The position numbers were made by a program, and so were the translations under genes. Positions 28,748 to 38,844 of a stretch of 64,000 nucleotides of DNA are shown here, piece by piece. Under the pieces are notes generated by a model. The model was not told the origin of the DNA. It did not search any database and was given only the letters and a program-made list of their open reading frames with translations. The stretch lies in contig OZ241362.1 in the NCBI GenBank assembly GCA_965200315.1, positions 2,208,001 through 2,272,000 on the forward strand, given 5' to 3'. This stretch comes from Candidatus Latescibacterota bacterium (GTDB lineage: Bacteria > Latescibacterota > UBA2968 > UBA8231). Every line of letters begins with the position of its first letter. Position 1 is the stretch's first letter.

Positions 28748-30985
28748 TTAGTAGTTCAGGAAGACGGAGACACCAAAGTAAATGGATCGGCGAAAGAGGG
28801 TGGTGCGTAGCTGGCGCTGAGTATAGTCGATGCTGTAATCATAGTCGAGCACATTTGCGCGGTTGAGCAGGTTGCTGACCGCCAAGTAGAAGACCGCTTG
28901 ATGCCCAGAGCCAAAGAAATGCAAATAGCTCAACTGCCCATCTATCTGTTGAAAGGACGGCAACCGTTCTGAGCCGACGGGTCCTTCTATGGGCAGATAG
29001 TAGCTTTTTTCTACTACGGGAACGGCACCGACGATTGGCGTGATGGGCCGGCCGGTGGCGTATCTCAGGGTCAAACCGCCGCTAAGGGTGCGGACGATCT
29101 GCATTTTTGTAACCAAGGTCAGATTGTGCGTGATATCAAACGGCGAAGGGGCTTCTTCGCGGATCATATCAGACTCTAGGTGGCGCACCTGCAATCGGCG
29201 CGATCGCAACAGACTATAGGCCATCCACCCGCTCAAGCGCGCATTGAGAAAACCACCGTACTTGCAAAAGAGGTCAACTCCAGAAGCTCGACCGCTACCC
29301 GTATTTGCGAGGTTCAGGTCGGGGTCGTCTAGGACGAGATTGCGGTAGGGTTTGTAGTAAGCCTCCAGCCGTACTAGGAGTTGCCCGCGTTCGTGGTGCA
29401 GGCCACCTATCCAGTGTTGGGCGCGTTGGGCCCCCAGATTGGGGTTGCCGCTAGTGGAGTTGTATGTAAAGGGGGCGGGGAATTGGTGGTAGATTCCCCA
29501 AGCGAGCCGGGCATTTGTGTCTTCTGAAAACTGGTATCGCGCAGACAAGCGCGGATCTAGGACAAAACCGTCGCCCAAGCTGTGGTGGTCGGTGCGCATA
29601 CCGACATTGGCGACGATGCGGCGCACGGGTTTGAAATCGACCTCAAAGTAAGCACCCGTGTGCCGACCACCGTAGGAGGTGTCGAGTTCAAAAATCTCTG
29701 CCTCGGGGTCGAAAACATCGCCCTGAGGGACGCTGCCCACGAATCGGCTGTCAGCGTATTCCATTTCAGCACCGAGGCGCAAGATTCCGAAATCGTCGAG
29801 GACGCGTTCCCAGTCCGTGCGAATTTTGCCGGTCCAGTCGCTAGGGATCAGGTCTAGATTGCCCAATTGCCGACGGGTCTTGTACTGGCTGAGCGAGGTG
29901 CTAGTCTGTATGGACCAATCGGCCCATACATCCGTCCACTGGAGATTGTGCAATGCCCTATCACTGCTGTTTCGGTAAAGGCCGTCAAAGGAAGGCTCTG
30001 CGACCTGCACCCCGATCTGGTCACCCGCATTGAAACTGAAAAACTTGAGGCGTCCGGTAGGCGAATATTGATAGATCAGATTGAGGTTGCCATCGTGCCC
30101 TTGCGGAGTGGTGATGAATTCTTCGCGGTGACCATTGACGCGGAGCAAGAGATCAGTAAAGCTGAGATTCCCCGTGAAGCGCAGACCGAGCTTATCCTCA
30201 ACAAGAGGCAAGGCGAGTCCTACAGAGCCAGCAGCGAGGCCCAAACCGAACGTATAGGTCTGTTGTGCGGGCATGTCTAGGCTCTCCATTGCCAGCACCG
30301 CGGAAAGCGCATTGCCGTAGCGGGCGGAGAACCCGCCGGTGGAAAAGGCCGTACCCTGTACCATAAAGGGGGAAATTGTGCCGAATGCTCCGCCGGTGGG
30401 CGATTCGTACCTGTAGGGATGCACCACCGTGGCTTGATCGAGCAGAATGACGGTCTCACTTACATCACCTCCCCGAACAAAAAGACCGGCACCGTCATCT
30501 ACGGTGGCAACGCCGGGAAAGGTTTTGAACGCACGAAAAATATCGGCGGCAGTTCCAGGCGTTGTAACCACATCTAAGGGGGTAAGGGTAACGGTCTCAT
30601 CCTCCCCGGTGGTATAGGTGCTAACTGTGACGACGGTTTCACCGAGTTCAATGAGGATGCGATGCAACACTAGGCGCACCGTTGTGGTATCGCCCGCAGT
30701 CAAGTGCAGGGTCTGCCGGGTGGGTTCAAAGCCGATGAAGGAGGCACTCAGGCTGTGTTGCCCGAGGTGGCGCGTAGAAAAGGCAAAGCGGCCGTCGCGG
30801 CCGGTTATGGCACCGTCGGTGGTGTCGATGATTTGTAAGTTGACAAAGGCTATTGGTCGTTCTGCTTCATCAACGACCTCGCCGCGCACAAAGGCCCGAT
30901 TCTGAGCAAAGGCGGGCAAAGAGAAACAGATACAAAAAAGGAGAGCGCTCGCCCCTTTCCACCAAGCTGTGCATCTCTTATCCAT
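28748..30985 (-). CDS. TonB-dependent receptor with N-terminal carboxypeptidase-regulatory-like domain
   Basis: Signal peptide. Plug motifs FPGV, LFVRGG, GGFSARYGNALS. DPRLS and NLLNR motifs; terminal aromatic residue (FLNY). Confidence 0.9.
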   Translation of the reverse strand: MDKRCTAWWKGASALLFCICFSLPAFAQNRAFVRGEVVDEAERPIAFVNLQIIDTTDGAITGRDGRFAFSTRHLGQHSLSASFIGFEPTRQTLHLTAGDTTTVRLVLHRILIELGETVVTVSTYTTGEDETVTLTPLDVVTTPGTAADIFRAFKTFPGVATVDDGAGLFVRGGDVSETVILLDQATVVHPYRYESPTGGAFGTISPFMVQGTAFSTGGFSARYGNALSAVLAMESLDMPAQQTYTFGLGLAAGSVGLALPLVEDKLGLRFTGNLSFTDLLLRVNGHREEFITTPQGHDGNLNLIYQYSPTGRLKFFSFNAGDQIGVQVAEPSFDGLYRNSSDRALHNLQWTDVWADWSIQTSTSLSQYKTRRQLGNLDLIPSDWTGKIRTDWERVLDDFGILRLGAEMEYADSRFVGSVPQGDVFDPEAEIFELDTSYGGRHTGAYFEVDFKPVRRIVANVGMRTDHHSLGDGFVLDPRLSARYQFSEDTNARLAWGIYHQFPAPFTYNSTSGNPNLGAQRAQHWIGGLHHERGQLLVRLEAYYKPYRNLVLDDPDLNLANTGSGRASGVDLFCKYGGFLNARLSGWMAYSLLRSRRLQVRHLESDMIREEAPSPFDITHNLTLVTKMQIVRTLSGGLTLRYATGRPITPIVGAVPVVEKSYYLPIEGPVGSERLPSFQQIDGQLSYLHFFGSGHQAVFYLAVSNLLNRANVLDYDYSIDYTQRQLRTTLFRRSIYFGVSVFLNY

Positions 30986-30990
30986 TGTGA

Positions 30991-32679
30991 TTAACCATCC
31001 AATCCCGGCAATAAGTGGCTCTTCACCCAGCCGTTGTCGGGATTCACTTCAAGGGCTTTGACAAAGGCTTCCCTTGCTCCCTCGATATCTCCGGCTTCTT
31101 GACGCATGATGCCCAAGTGGGCGCAGGCTTCATCGTAGCCCCAAGAGGGCTGCAAAGGGTCGCGGACTTCCTCTTGGGCGAACAGCTCAAGGGCCTGCTC
31201 CAGCTTGGCGATCCCCCGCTCCTTGTCGCCGCCGAACAAAGCAGGAGTATAATAGTCACTTATTCCATCTGTTAAGACAACGCGAGGATTATTGCCATCG
31301 AGTCTCTTAGATTTTTCAAGGGATCTTTTGGTCTCAGGGCCCAGCACCATGCCCAGTTGAGGCTTCAGGCTGAGCTTTTGACCATAGGTGCTAGCTAAGA
31401 GGGCATGGGCGTCGCTGAAGTTGTCTTCTAACTCAGTAGCCTGCTTGAGGTACTCTATGGTTTGGTTGACACTCTGCGCCTGTTCGTCGGGCGCGGACGC
31501 AAAGAGCGTGGCGAGTCGGTATTCGCACAAAGCCAAGTAATACAGGGCAAATTCCTCGTGGTGGCCGTTTTGGCGAGCCTGCTCAAATAGTTTCTGTGCC
31601 TTATATAATTGTTCGAGGTCGGCGGTATCAATTGCCTGCTGAAGCAGCTCTTTGCCCTCGACGAAAAGAGCTTCAGATTCAATGCTCTGATCATTTTTTG
31701 CGTTTTTTTGACCATAGCGCATATAGCGGCTCCCCGTGGCGAATAGGTACACATCTTCAAGATCCGCGGTTTTTACAGAAAATTGATGTATGCTCAAGCT
31801 GTTAAGACGATCTATAATTGCCTCCCTAAACATCTCATCCTTGCCATATATACACGCTCCTTGAGAATTGACGTCGATGTGGGTTACCCCAAGACAGTCT
31901 GCAAAGGTTTCGGGATCGACTTCGGTTTCTACCTCTACTTTGAGGTTTAGCTGAAACTGTTCGAGCAGTTGTGGTACCGGACCAGAGGCAATAATTTGGC
32001 CTTTGTTCATCACGCAGACCACGTCGCTGTACTGCTGGGCTTCCTGCATGTTGTGGGTAGTCATGACAATGGTGAGACCTTGGAGACGGTACTGGTTTAG
32101 TACGTCCCAGAGTTGCCGACGCAAATGCGGATCTAAGTTGCTCGATGGCTCATCGAGGATCAGCAGCGCAGGTTTGCCTACTAAGGCAATGGCAATGAGC
32201 AGCCTGCGCTTTTCTCCTCCCGACAGGTCTTTGTAGGCTATTTTCTGCTGACGCTGCAACTCAAAAACGTCTATTAACTCGTCAGGATCAATCGGGTTCC
32301 GATACATTTTCGCATAAAGGCGTAATGCCTCTTTAACTCGAATATCATTATAGAGAGAATCTTCTTGAAATTGAATGCCGATTCTACTGCGTATGTCCTT
32401 GCGCCGCTGCAGATCGGGGATTCTTTCACCAAACAAGTGGATGTCTCCAGAGTCAGGGTTTTTTAAGCCTACAATGCAATCTATAATAGACGTTTTACCC
32501 GTTCCATTAGGTCCTACCAAACAAAAGACCTGTTGTGGATATACGGTAAAACTAACGTCTTCGACGGCGACGATCTTGCCGTAGCTTTTGTGCAAGTTAT
32601 TTACCTGAATAATAGACATTTGATCTCGGCTGGATTCAGTAGGAAATAAGCTATTCAAAGTTGCAGTCAGGATTTCCAT
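30991..32679 (-). CDS. ABC exporter ATPase fused in frame to a TPR domain (alternative start ATG 32619; possible internal start ATG 31722)
   Basis: GPNGTGKT, LSGGE, LILDEP, TTH, then LEDVYL. No stop before a TPR domain homologous to 27945..28727. Confidence 0.85.
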   Translation of the reverse strand: MEILTATLNSLFPTESSRDQMSIIQVNNLHKSYGKIVAVEDVSFTVYPQQVFCLVGPNGTGKTSIIDCIVGLKNPDSGDIHLFGERIPDLQRRKDIRSRIGIQFQEDSLYNDIRVKEALRLYAKMYRNPIDPDELIDVFELQRQQKIAYKDLSGGEKRRLLIAIALVGKPALLILDEPSSNLDPHLRRQLWDVLNQYRLQGLTIVMTTHNMQEAQQYSDVVCVMNKGQIIASGPVPQLLEQFQLNLKVEVETEVDPETFADCLGVTHIDVNSQGACIYGKDEMFREAIIDRLNSLSIHQFSVKTADLEDVYLFATGSRYMRYGQKNAKNDQSIESEALFVEGKELLQQAIDTADLEQLYKAQKLFEQARQNGHHEEFALYYLALCEYRLATLFASAPDEQAQSVNQTIEYLKQATELEDNFSDAHALLASTYGQKLSLKPQLGMVLGPETKRSLEKSKRLDGNNPRVVLTDGISDYYTPALFGGDKERGIAKLEQALELFAQEEVRDPLQPSWGYDEACAHLGIMRQEAGDIEGAREAFVKALEVNPDNGWVKSHLLPGLDG

Positions 32680-33395
32680 TCAATCCGTATCTTAAAAACC
32701 ATAATGTTGAAAACCTGATGGCACAATATGCACGGTAAAAGGCTGCCAGAGGTAAGATACATGATACTCAAAATTACACCAAGCAGGGTTTTAGAGATCG
32801 CATTTGCCAAACCGTAAGCTATATGATTCATTCCAAATGCACAAGACGAGATGACAACAGCGTATTGTACAGGTATGTTTAGGACATCGGTTGCATAAGA
32901 AATCAAGTGGCTTCTCCACAGAATCTCCTCTAGAAGAGCCTCGACAAGGATACAACCCAGTAACAGACTGATAGGTAATCTTTGTCCTTTCCTGACAATA
33001 CGTTTGGTCTCTCCAAACATCCATTGTTCTGCTATTGGCCTGCTTCCCATCCGCAGCTTTAACCACATCCGTGCTGCAACGATCTCTGAATAATAAAAGG
33101 CCACGCCGACACCGACACTTATTAAAATCGTAACGCCGAGCGATAAGGGCATTGGGAGGCCGAACCATACAGGCCATGCAAAGGCCGACTTCAGAATGTG
33201 GATAGCTGGGTCGCACAAGCTCAAAATTAAGAGTAGAGCACCCGTAAGAGATGCCAAAGGCATGACAAAGTCGCAGCGGTCCAAGGCTGCATCAATCGTT
33301 TTTTCGGATAGAATCCAACTACCTATCAGGTATAAACCTGAATGTATTGCATAAAAGAGGCCAGGATAGGCCAATAAAAAAACAAAACAAAACAT
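32667..33395 (-). CDS. CPBP/Abi (CAAX type II) intramembrane protease, SagE-like
   Basis: EEILWR, FGMNH and HQVFN motifs in a multi-TM protein. Confidence 0.85.
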   Translation of the reverse strand: MFCFVFLLAYPGLFYAIHSGLYLIGSWILSEKTIDAALDRCDFVMPLASLTGALLLILSLCDPAIHILKSAFAWPVWFGLPMPLSLGVTILISVGVGVAFYYSEIVAARMWLKLRMGSRPIAEQWMFGETKRIVRKGQRLPISLLLGCILVEALLEEILWRSHLISYATDVLNIPVQYAVVISSCAFGMNHIAYGLANAISKTLLGVILSIMYLTSGSLLPCILCHQVFNIMVFKIRIEWKS

Positions 33396-33410
33396 AGGTC
33401 AGACCTGAAG

Positions 33411-34874
33411 TTAGGGAAAAGGGACGGGCCCTGGCTTGAGCTCTTTGAATGTGAGTGGCTTATCCCTCAACCCCATTTTCATGGGTAATTCGTAAATCCG
33501 AGGGTGGCCCAAGTAGGGATGCGCACTGATATGGGGCTGTACTAATTCAGGAATGAATACTTTGACCACCTTTACCTGAGACATCTGTCCGTGGGTACAG
33601 TCAATGACGATGGGATCTATATTATATTGTTGAAGTATATCTTTGAGATATTCCAACTGTTCTTCTGAATGCTTGAGCTTTACCTTTGGTAATTCCGACA
33701 GAGCCACTGTATCATCACTGCGAAAAAAATCTTTCAGCCGTCCATTATGTTCAGTGTGTCCGTAGTATCCAATGGTTTCCAAAAACGTCCGCATTTCAGC
33801 TAGCGGTTTGTCCGGTGGAGCGTCGAATATTGTTTGGATACCTTTCATAAACTGCCGTTGAGGTGTCAACATAGCAGATTTTAATTGCAGTTCGGACTGC
33901 CCATATTCCAGCAAGGCTCGTACGAAAGCTTCTTCTCCATCCAATGCCGCTGCTGACCCAGCCTGATAGGCGAACTTTTTATAGTAGGGGACTAGCTGAG
34001 TCGCTGAGATACAGGGCAACTTAGGGAAACCTACGTCGTGTAACCAAAAATTCACATCACCAGATAGAGATCTGATATATTCCAAATCTCTGTTAGTTTT
34101 CTTGGAAGAGAGTGGTTTGTCAACTTCTACTCGACGCAGTGGAATATTTGCATACCAAGACAGCATCAAGGCATCGCGCTCGATAAGCTCTGTTACTCCA
34201 GCGATGATGGCCAAGGCTTCGTCTACATGAGAGGCCATACCAGAAGATGATGAATAGCCGATACGGGATTCCTCGATAGACGGGATGTATAAGAATAGCA
34301 CGAGCTGTATAGGAATCCAAATCTCTTCTTGGCTGATGAGCCTACGTCCCTTGATCCAATCGAGTTCAGAGTCATGAGTAAAAGGTTGAAAGAAGAAATC
34401 GGGAGTGGCGTATTGTTCATCTGCAAACAGAGGAAGTGCTTCCGGCATAATAGCATTCTGACCTGCTTGTTGCAGGGAGCTATAGGACCCGACATATCTC
34501 TCCAAATCCTCTTTCAAGAAAGCAAATGTCCCAGACATCCTTTCAACGCTTTCACCTAAGTCGGATAGAAATGAAGACGAGAGTTCAAAGCCTTTACCTC
34601 CCGCAATCATAGAAGAGTCCAATCTGAGATCTAGGGAAGGCAAACCGACGATCTGGCGCATGACTTGATCGGCATCCCAGTGCTTGCTATTGACAGCGAC
34701 GGTTTGGGAAATTCCAGCTCCACCATTGTAAACAGTCGAATATCGTATCGGGCCATTGGGGAAATACCACGAGAGCATTTCTCTGATTGCCCGACCTTCT
34801 TTCCCACTCATTACATTGGGTAAGGTCTCTTGATGAGGGTTGATGTAAGTGGAATGCAATTTCATAGAAGTCAT
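33411..34874 (-). CDS. YcaO cyclodehydratase (azoline-forming type)
   Basis: GESVER, SSGMASH...ELIERDA, RALLE ATP-binding motifs. Pro-rich C-terminus PGPVPFP. Start moved to ATG 34874, downstream of the permease stop and after GGAGGT. Confidence 0.93.
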   Translation of the reverse strand: MTSMKLHSTYINPHQETLPNVMSGKEGRAIREMLSWYFPNGPIRYSTVYNGGAGISQTVAVNSKHWDADQVMRQIVGLPSLDLRLDSSMIAGGKGFELSSSFLSDLGESVERMSGTFAFLKEDLERYVGSYSSLQQAGQNAIMPEALPLFADEQYATPDFFFQPFTHDSELDWIKGRRLISQEEIWIPIQLVLFLYIPSIEESRIGYSSSSGMASHVDEALAIIAGVTELIERDALMLSWYANIPLRRVEVDKPLSSKKTNRDLEYIRSLSGDVNFWLHDVGFPKLPCISATQLVPYYKKFAYQAGSAAALDGEEAFVRALLEYGQSELQLKSAMLTPQRQFMKGIQTIFDAPPDKPLAEMRTFLETIGYYGHTEHNGRLKDFFRSDDTVALSELPKVKLKHSEEQLEYLKDILQQYNIDPIVIDCTHGQMSQVKVVKVFIPELVQPHISAHPYLGHPRIYELPMKMGLRDKPLTFKELKPGPVPFP

Positions 34875-34882
34875 GGTAAATA

Positions 34883-35656
34883 TTATACCTCCCATTTGAA
34901 TGTTCGAGTGGAGATCAAGTATGATAGTACGGTTATGACTATGAGAAACAGCAATGAATTTACATACTGAGATATAGGATCCCCGAGCCATACACCAGAA
35001 AAGGTCATAACCACATGAGTTAAAGGAGAACCCCAGCTTAAAGTCTGTAGCCAATCTGGAAACATTTGCCGCGGGAAGGTGGCTCCCGATATAAAAAACA
35101 TGATGAGAAATAAAAATTGGCTTAGAGCTTGGGTGCTTCTTGGAGATTTGGAAAGACTATTTACCAAGAAACCCAAAGCAAAAAAACAAGTCATACAGCT
35201 CAATCCCACAAACATGACAACCGCCCAGTGCCCACGGAAATGGAGGTCAAAAATGATCTCTGCGACCGCAATTAGGATCAAGGAAGAAACAATAAAAATA
35301 ATCGTTTGCATTGCGACATGGACGCAAAGGTAAAATCCAAGTGAGAGTGGACTGATGACATAGCGTTTGAGGATACCGAGCAGACGGTACTCAACCAAAA
35401 AATTGGTGAGGTTAGTCAGACCTGCTTGGCCGATATATGCAGCCATGAGTGCTGGAGCATAGAAATCAATGTAACGCACGTCGGGACGGTCCCACATCGG
35501 GGCTTCTCCAAACATAGAGCCGAACAGGAGAAAGAAAAAGATGGGCAATACAAATGTAAAGAAGGCAGCAGTAGGCTGACGCAGGAACAATTTGCACTCG
35601 ACGCTCCAGAGCGCGACGAAGCTCTGGAGCCAGATAGTTCTATTTGAAAAGGCCAT
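34883..35656 (-). CDS. ABC-2 type permease
   Basis: EYRLLGILKR, ISGATFP...P.WLQ...PLT motifs; about six TM helices. Confidence 0.9.
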   Translation of the reverse strand: MAFSNRTIWLQSFVALWSVECKLFLRQPTAAFFTFVLPIFFFLLFGSMFGEAPMWDRPDVRYIDFYAPALMAAYIGQAGLTNLTNFLVEYRLLGILKRYVISPLSLGFYLCVHVAMQTIIFIVSSLILIAVAEIIFDLHFRGHWAVVMFVGLSCMTCFFALGFLVNSLSKSPRSTQALSQFLFLIMFFISGATFPRQMFPDWLQTLSWGSPLTHVVMTFSGVWLGDPISQYVNSLLFLIVITVLSYLISTRTFKWEV

Positions 35657-35669
35657 CTTATGCGAACCT

Positions 35670-36650
35670 TCAACTGTCTCTATCGGTGACTTTTCGGAGA
35701 CGTGACTCTTTATCCACTTTATCTCCAAAGGCAACTACTAGGGTTGTAAATTCTCTTCGTCCATCCAACCCCAAAAAGGAGTCTGTGAGCTCATCGTCGA
35801 AGCCAAATACCATACATGATCCTAACTCAAGTGCCGTAGCGACAAGGTGCAAATTCTGGCTTACGACGCCAGTTTCAAGATGGGCCAATCGGTACGATTT
35901 ATAGGCACCGTACTTCCATGTAAGCCGCGATATATCAGGGGCGATAAAAATGACTACACTTGCCTCAGCTAACCATTTGTGAGAGTAACAACAGTTGACC
36001 ACACGCCAGCGAAAATTCCCCCTCTCAAGCAGCTCTAGGCAGCTTTGCTTAGAATTGTAATGATATAACCCTTGCGGAGTGTCTTCGACCTCGTTGATCA
36101 CGAGATAAAATTCGGTGCATTGCAGCCCGCCAGCAGTCGGAAAATTGCGTAGCGTAACATCGCGACGATTATATGCTAATATAGTATCCCGTACACCGCA
36201 GGCCTGCCCTAATAGCGTACTCAGTCTTTCGATCGATAGAGCTGATCGCTTAAAGTCCCGGGCCGAGGTTCTATTATTGATTACATCCGAAACAGATTCA
36301 GTGATAAGTGGAAACTCTGCCTCTAATTGGATGTTTTTTGCACCAATGAATTCTTTGTGTAAGTCCGGTGCTATTTTTTCGTTTACTCTTAGAAAGGATA
36401 GCCATTCGTCTTCCGTTGGATAGTCTTTTAATCCGTTTACCACGATAGCCAACTCGTCCATAGGTCCATTAACTGACCTGTCTCGTTTGGTACGCTTTAG
36501 AAGATCATATAAAACTTGCTGCTCCTGAGACTCCAATTCTTCCAACTCTTGAAGCAGCTTTGGCTCTAGGGTAGTCGTCGGCTCTGAATGAGGCAACGAA
36601 TCTGGTATCTCTACCGCAGTGGACTTTCTCTCTCTAATTGCCATTGTCAT
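35670..36650 (-). CDS. SagB/ThcOx-family FMN-dependent azoline dehydrogenase
   Basis: RTSARDF, RNFPTAGGL, GLYHY, WKYG (Lys-Tyr), E.G...QN..L.ATAL.LG. Confidence 0.92.
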   Translation of the reverse strand: MTMAIRERKSTAVEIPDSLPHSEPTTTLEPKLLQELEELESQEQQVLYDLLKRTKRDRSVNGPMDELAIVVNGLKDYPTEDEWLSFLRVNEKIAPDLHKEFIGAKNIQLEAEFPLITESVSDVINNRTSARDFKRSALSIERLSTLLGQACGVRDTILAYNRRDVTLRNFPTAGGLQCTEFYLVINEVEDTPQGLYHYNSKQSCLELLERGNFRWRVVNCCYSHKWLAEASVVIFIAPDISRLTWKYGAYKSYRLAHLETGVVSQNLHLVATALELGSCMVFGFDDELTDSFLGLDGRREFTTLVVAFGDKVDKESRLRKVTDRDS

Positions 36651-37450
36651 CTATCCGCGTTGATGGGTGAGAAGGTAAGGAGAGCGTAAACGGACCGCTC
36701 TACACCGTCGGCTTGCACGAATTCGTCTACTTTCGTGTCGAGAAAATCTTGGTGGACGGTCGCAGAGTATCTATAGAATTCGTACTGATATTGAAAGTAC
36801 CCCAGCAATCGTCCTATATCAAGCAAGGTATGGCGGTAGCCCCTGGGGCCGTAGATGAGCATGTATCGCCAAGGACAGGCGACGACGATCAACATAGTCG
36901 AACACTCTTCAATGCTTATAGGCGGTGATTTCCAGAACAGGTCGGGCAAAAATGTGGCTTCATTTTTCACTTCACGCTCAATCCAGAGATAGTCTAATTC
37001 TGGAACGATGCGGAAGAGCATTTCGTTGTGTAGCAAGAGCAGATCGATAGCATAGAGTAGATTGGCTAGGTATCCCGGTTTGGCAAAGAGATTCAGTGGG
37101 TCTTGAAGCCAACTAGGGAGTTGGTCACAGGGGATTCTTAATCCAGGGGCATTATCAACTATGGCCTCTTCTTCAACGCGATAGGCGGTTTCAAAAAACC
37201 ATCGGCGCACCTGTTCAAGGATTGAGGTATCAAGGGGAATCTGAAGGGTCGAGTGAGGATTCAGCTTCGAGTTTTCATGGTACAATTCGGCCACATGTGG
37301 CTTCGGTCTGACTTGGCGGTAAAGGTAATCCGAAGCAGCCGAGTGGCTCAGGTCAATGCTGTGAGGAGAAGGTATAGGCGGCGATTCCAAAGACATTTGA
37401 ATGCGCTTTAAGAAGGAGTCCGGATCAGTAAGAGGAGATTCGACAGTCAT
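36647..37450 (-). CDS. Degenerate SagB/nitroreductase-like protein
   Basis: Retains ELYHENSK, LYAIDL, YGPRGYRHTLLDIG and F.D..VD....DGVE. Lacks R.S.R, P(S/T).GG and the Lys of Lys-Tyr. Confidence 0.7.
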   Translation of the reverse strand: MTVESPLTDPDSFLKRIQMSLESPPIPSPHSIDLSHSAASDYLYRQVRPKPHVAELYHENSKLNPHSTLQIPLDTSILEQVRRWFFETAYRVEEEAIVDNAPGLRIPCDQLPSWLQDPLNLFAKPGYLANLLYAIDLLLLHNEMLFRIVPELDYLWIEREVKNEATFLPDLFWKSPPISIEECSTMLIVVACPWRYMLIYGPRGYRHTLLDIGRLLGYFQYQYEFYRYSATVHQDFLDTKVDEFVQADGVERSVYALLTFSPINADR

Positions 37451-37529
37451 TTTGCACTCCGTTCGGTAATATTATACCAGATTGACGAGCTGTACTTTTC
37501 ATAGTCAGTCTTCACGTTTGCTAAGAGAC

Positions 37530-38639
37530 CTAGAGAAACATGTTTCTGTACCCGTTCCGCATACCAACAGATACAGGGGATCTAGGTAATTTCAGGATTT
37601 CTTCGTAATCGACATAGGGCTTTTCAAAATTGATGCGAAAGCATCGACCTATCAAAGAAGATTTTCCAGACAAAAGGAAAGACGAGGCGGCACCTGCCAC
37701 AAAGCCGGCAGCTATGCTAGCGTAGGGCGGAAACGCAAATTGATGGCTGTAAAGGCCATTCTTACTCATTTCCTCCTTATAGGTATAGTACTCGCTGTGC
37801 TTGACGGACAAAGTAGCTTCCGATTGGATTTCAAACTCGTTGTAGCAGCACGTTTCTCCAGGCACATAAATAGGGCCGATGCAGGCTTCACTGCCGTCCA
37901 TAAATGCGGATATCCACGGCTTTTCGGCGGAAAGTGCTGAGAGATCTACGGTGTGAAAGAGATGGGAAGAGAATACTTCGGAGGTTGCGACGACAAAGTT
38001 TGAAGCGCCAAATAGGCTTTCTAAGGCATCTTGATTATGATAGGATTCTTTGATCGCCTTGAGACGATCATAACCGAGATCTAACAGATGCAATTCCAAG
38101 GACTCGACGTAAGATCGCCCCTTCTCGATATAAGTCGAGGAACGATTAAACTGAGCCTGATCAACCGTAGCATTTTCGATGTGTCGGTCGTCCAAGATTT
38201 GCATCTGGCCGACCCCGATTTTTGCGAATTCTTCCGCCACGCGGCTACCGAGATAACCGGCACCTACGATGCCAATGCAGATGTTATCGAGGTCTTGGTT
38301 GCCACCTACGATAGCATTCAAATAGCTTACGATAGGACTTTCATTGGCTGGAGAGATAAACCCTTGGGAGGTCAGAGTTGAGATTAGTTCTTCCGCATCT
38401 TCGAGCTCTCCTTCCCCAATCACTTTTTGCTCTTGGAGATCTTGCAGAGAAGCTGGTGACGCCAAACGACGGAGTACTCGTCCTAGAAGATGAGTTCTGC
38501 CTTCATCTCTGATCGTCTGGTTGAATTTGGACCTCACGCCGTGTAATACTAAAATTTCATCTTCGCCGCAAAAGATGAACTTGAGTGAGGGATTGAGCAC
38601 GAAGCGGCAATTGGTAATGAATTCGGTTTTGATTTCCAT
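37530..38639 (-). CDS. E1/ThiF-like TOMM scaffold (SagC-like) with probable N-terminal RRE
   Basis: IGIVGAGYLGSRVA Rossmann motif, IGPIYVPGETCCY, terminal ILKLPRSPVS; winged-helix-sized N-terminal region. Confidence 0.85.
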   Translation of the reverse strand: MEIKTEFITNCRFVLNPSLKFIFCGEDEILVLHGVRSKFNQTIRDEGRTHLLGRVLRRLASPASLQDLQEQKVIGEGELEDAEELISTLTSQGFISPANESPIVSYLNAIVGGNQDLDNICIGIVGAGYLGSRVAEEFAKIGVGQMQILDDRHIENATVDQAQFNRSSTYIEKGRSYVESLELHLLDLGYDRLKAIKESYHNQDALESLFGASNFVVATSEVFSSHLFHTVDLSALSAEKPWISAFMDGSEACIGPIYVPGETCCYNEFEIQSEATLSVKHSEYYTYKEEMSKNGLYSHQFAFPPYASIAAGFVAGAASSFLLSGKSSLIGRCFRINFEKPYVDYEEILKLPRSPVSVGMRNGYRNMFL

Positions 38640-38746
38640 AGATATCTACTCTTCTAATTGTTATAAGTTAGCCAAAAACAGTTAATCGCGATTCCCGATC
38701 AGCAGACCTAATAGAAACTAGGGCATTTATATCAAGAGGTTAAGTG

Positions 38747-38784
38747 CCTGCCTGTAGTAATCAACATAGATAACTACAGGCAGG
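38747..38784 (-). terminator. Strong hairpin between precursor genes and enzyme genes (attenuator or mRNA stabiliser)
   Basis: CCTGCCTGTAGTAATC-AACATA-GATAACTACAGGCAGG: 16-bp stem with one mismatch; no long U tract. Confidence 0.65.
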
Positions 38785-38844
38785 ACAATACTAAATACCG
38801 TTTGAGATCAAAGTAGCCTCAGCCATAAAAACAATAAACGGCAC

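Noticed and set aside
34875-35054. N-terminal extension of YcaO (likewise 35657..35734 for the permease)
   Set aside because: It overlaps the upstream gene; downstream ATGs fit better.
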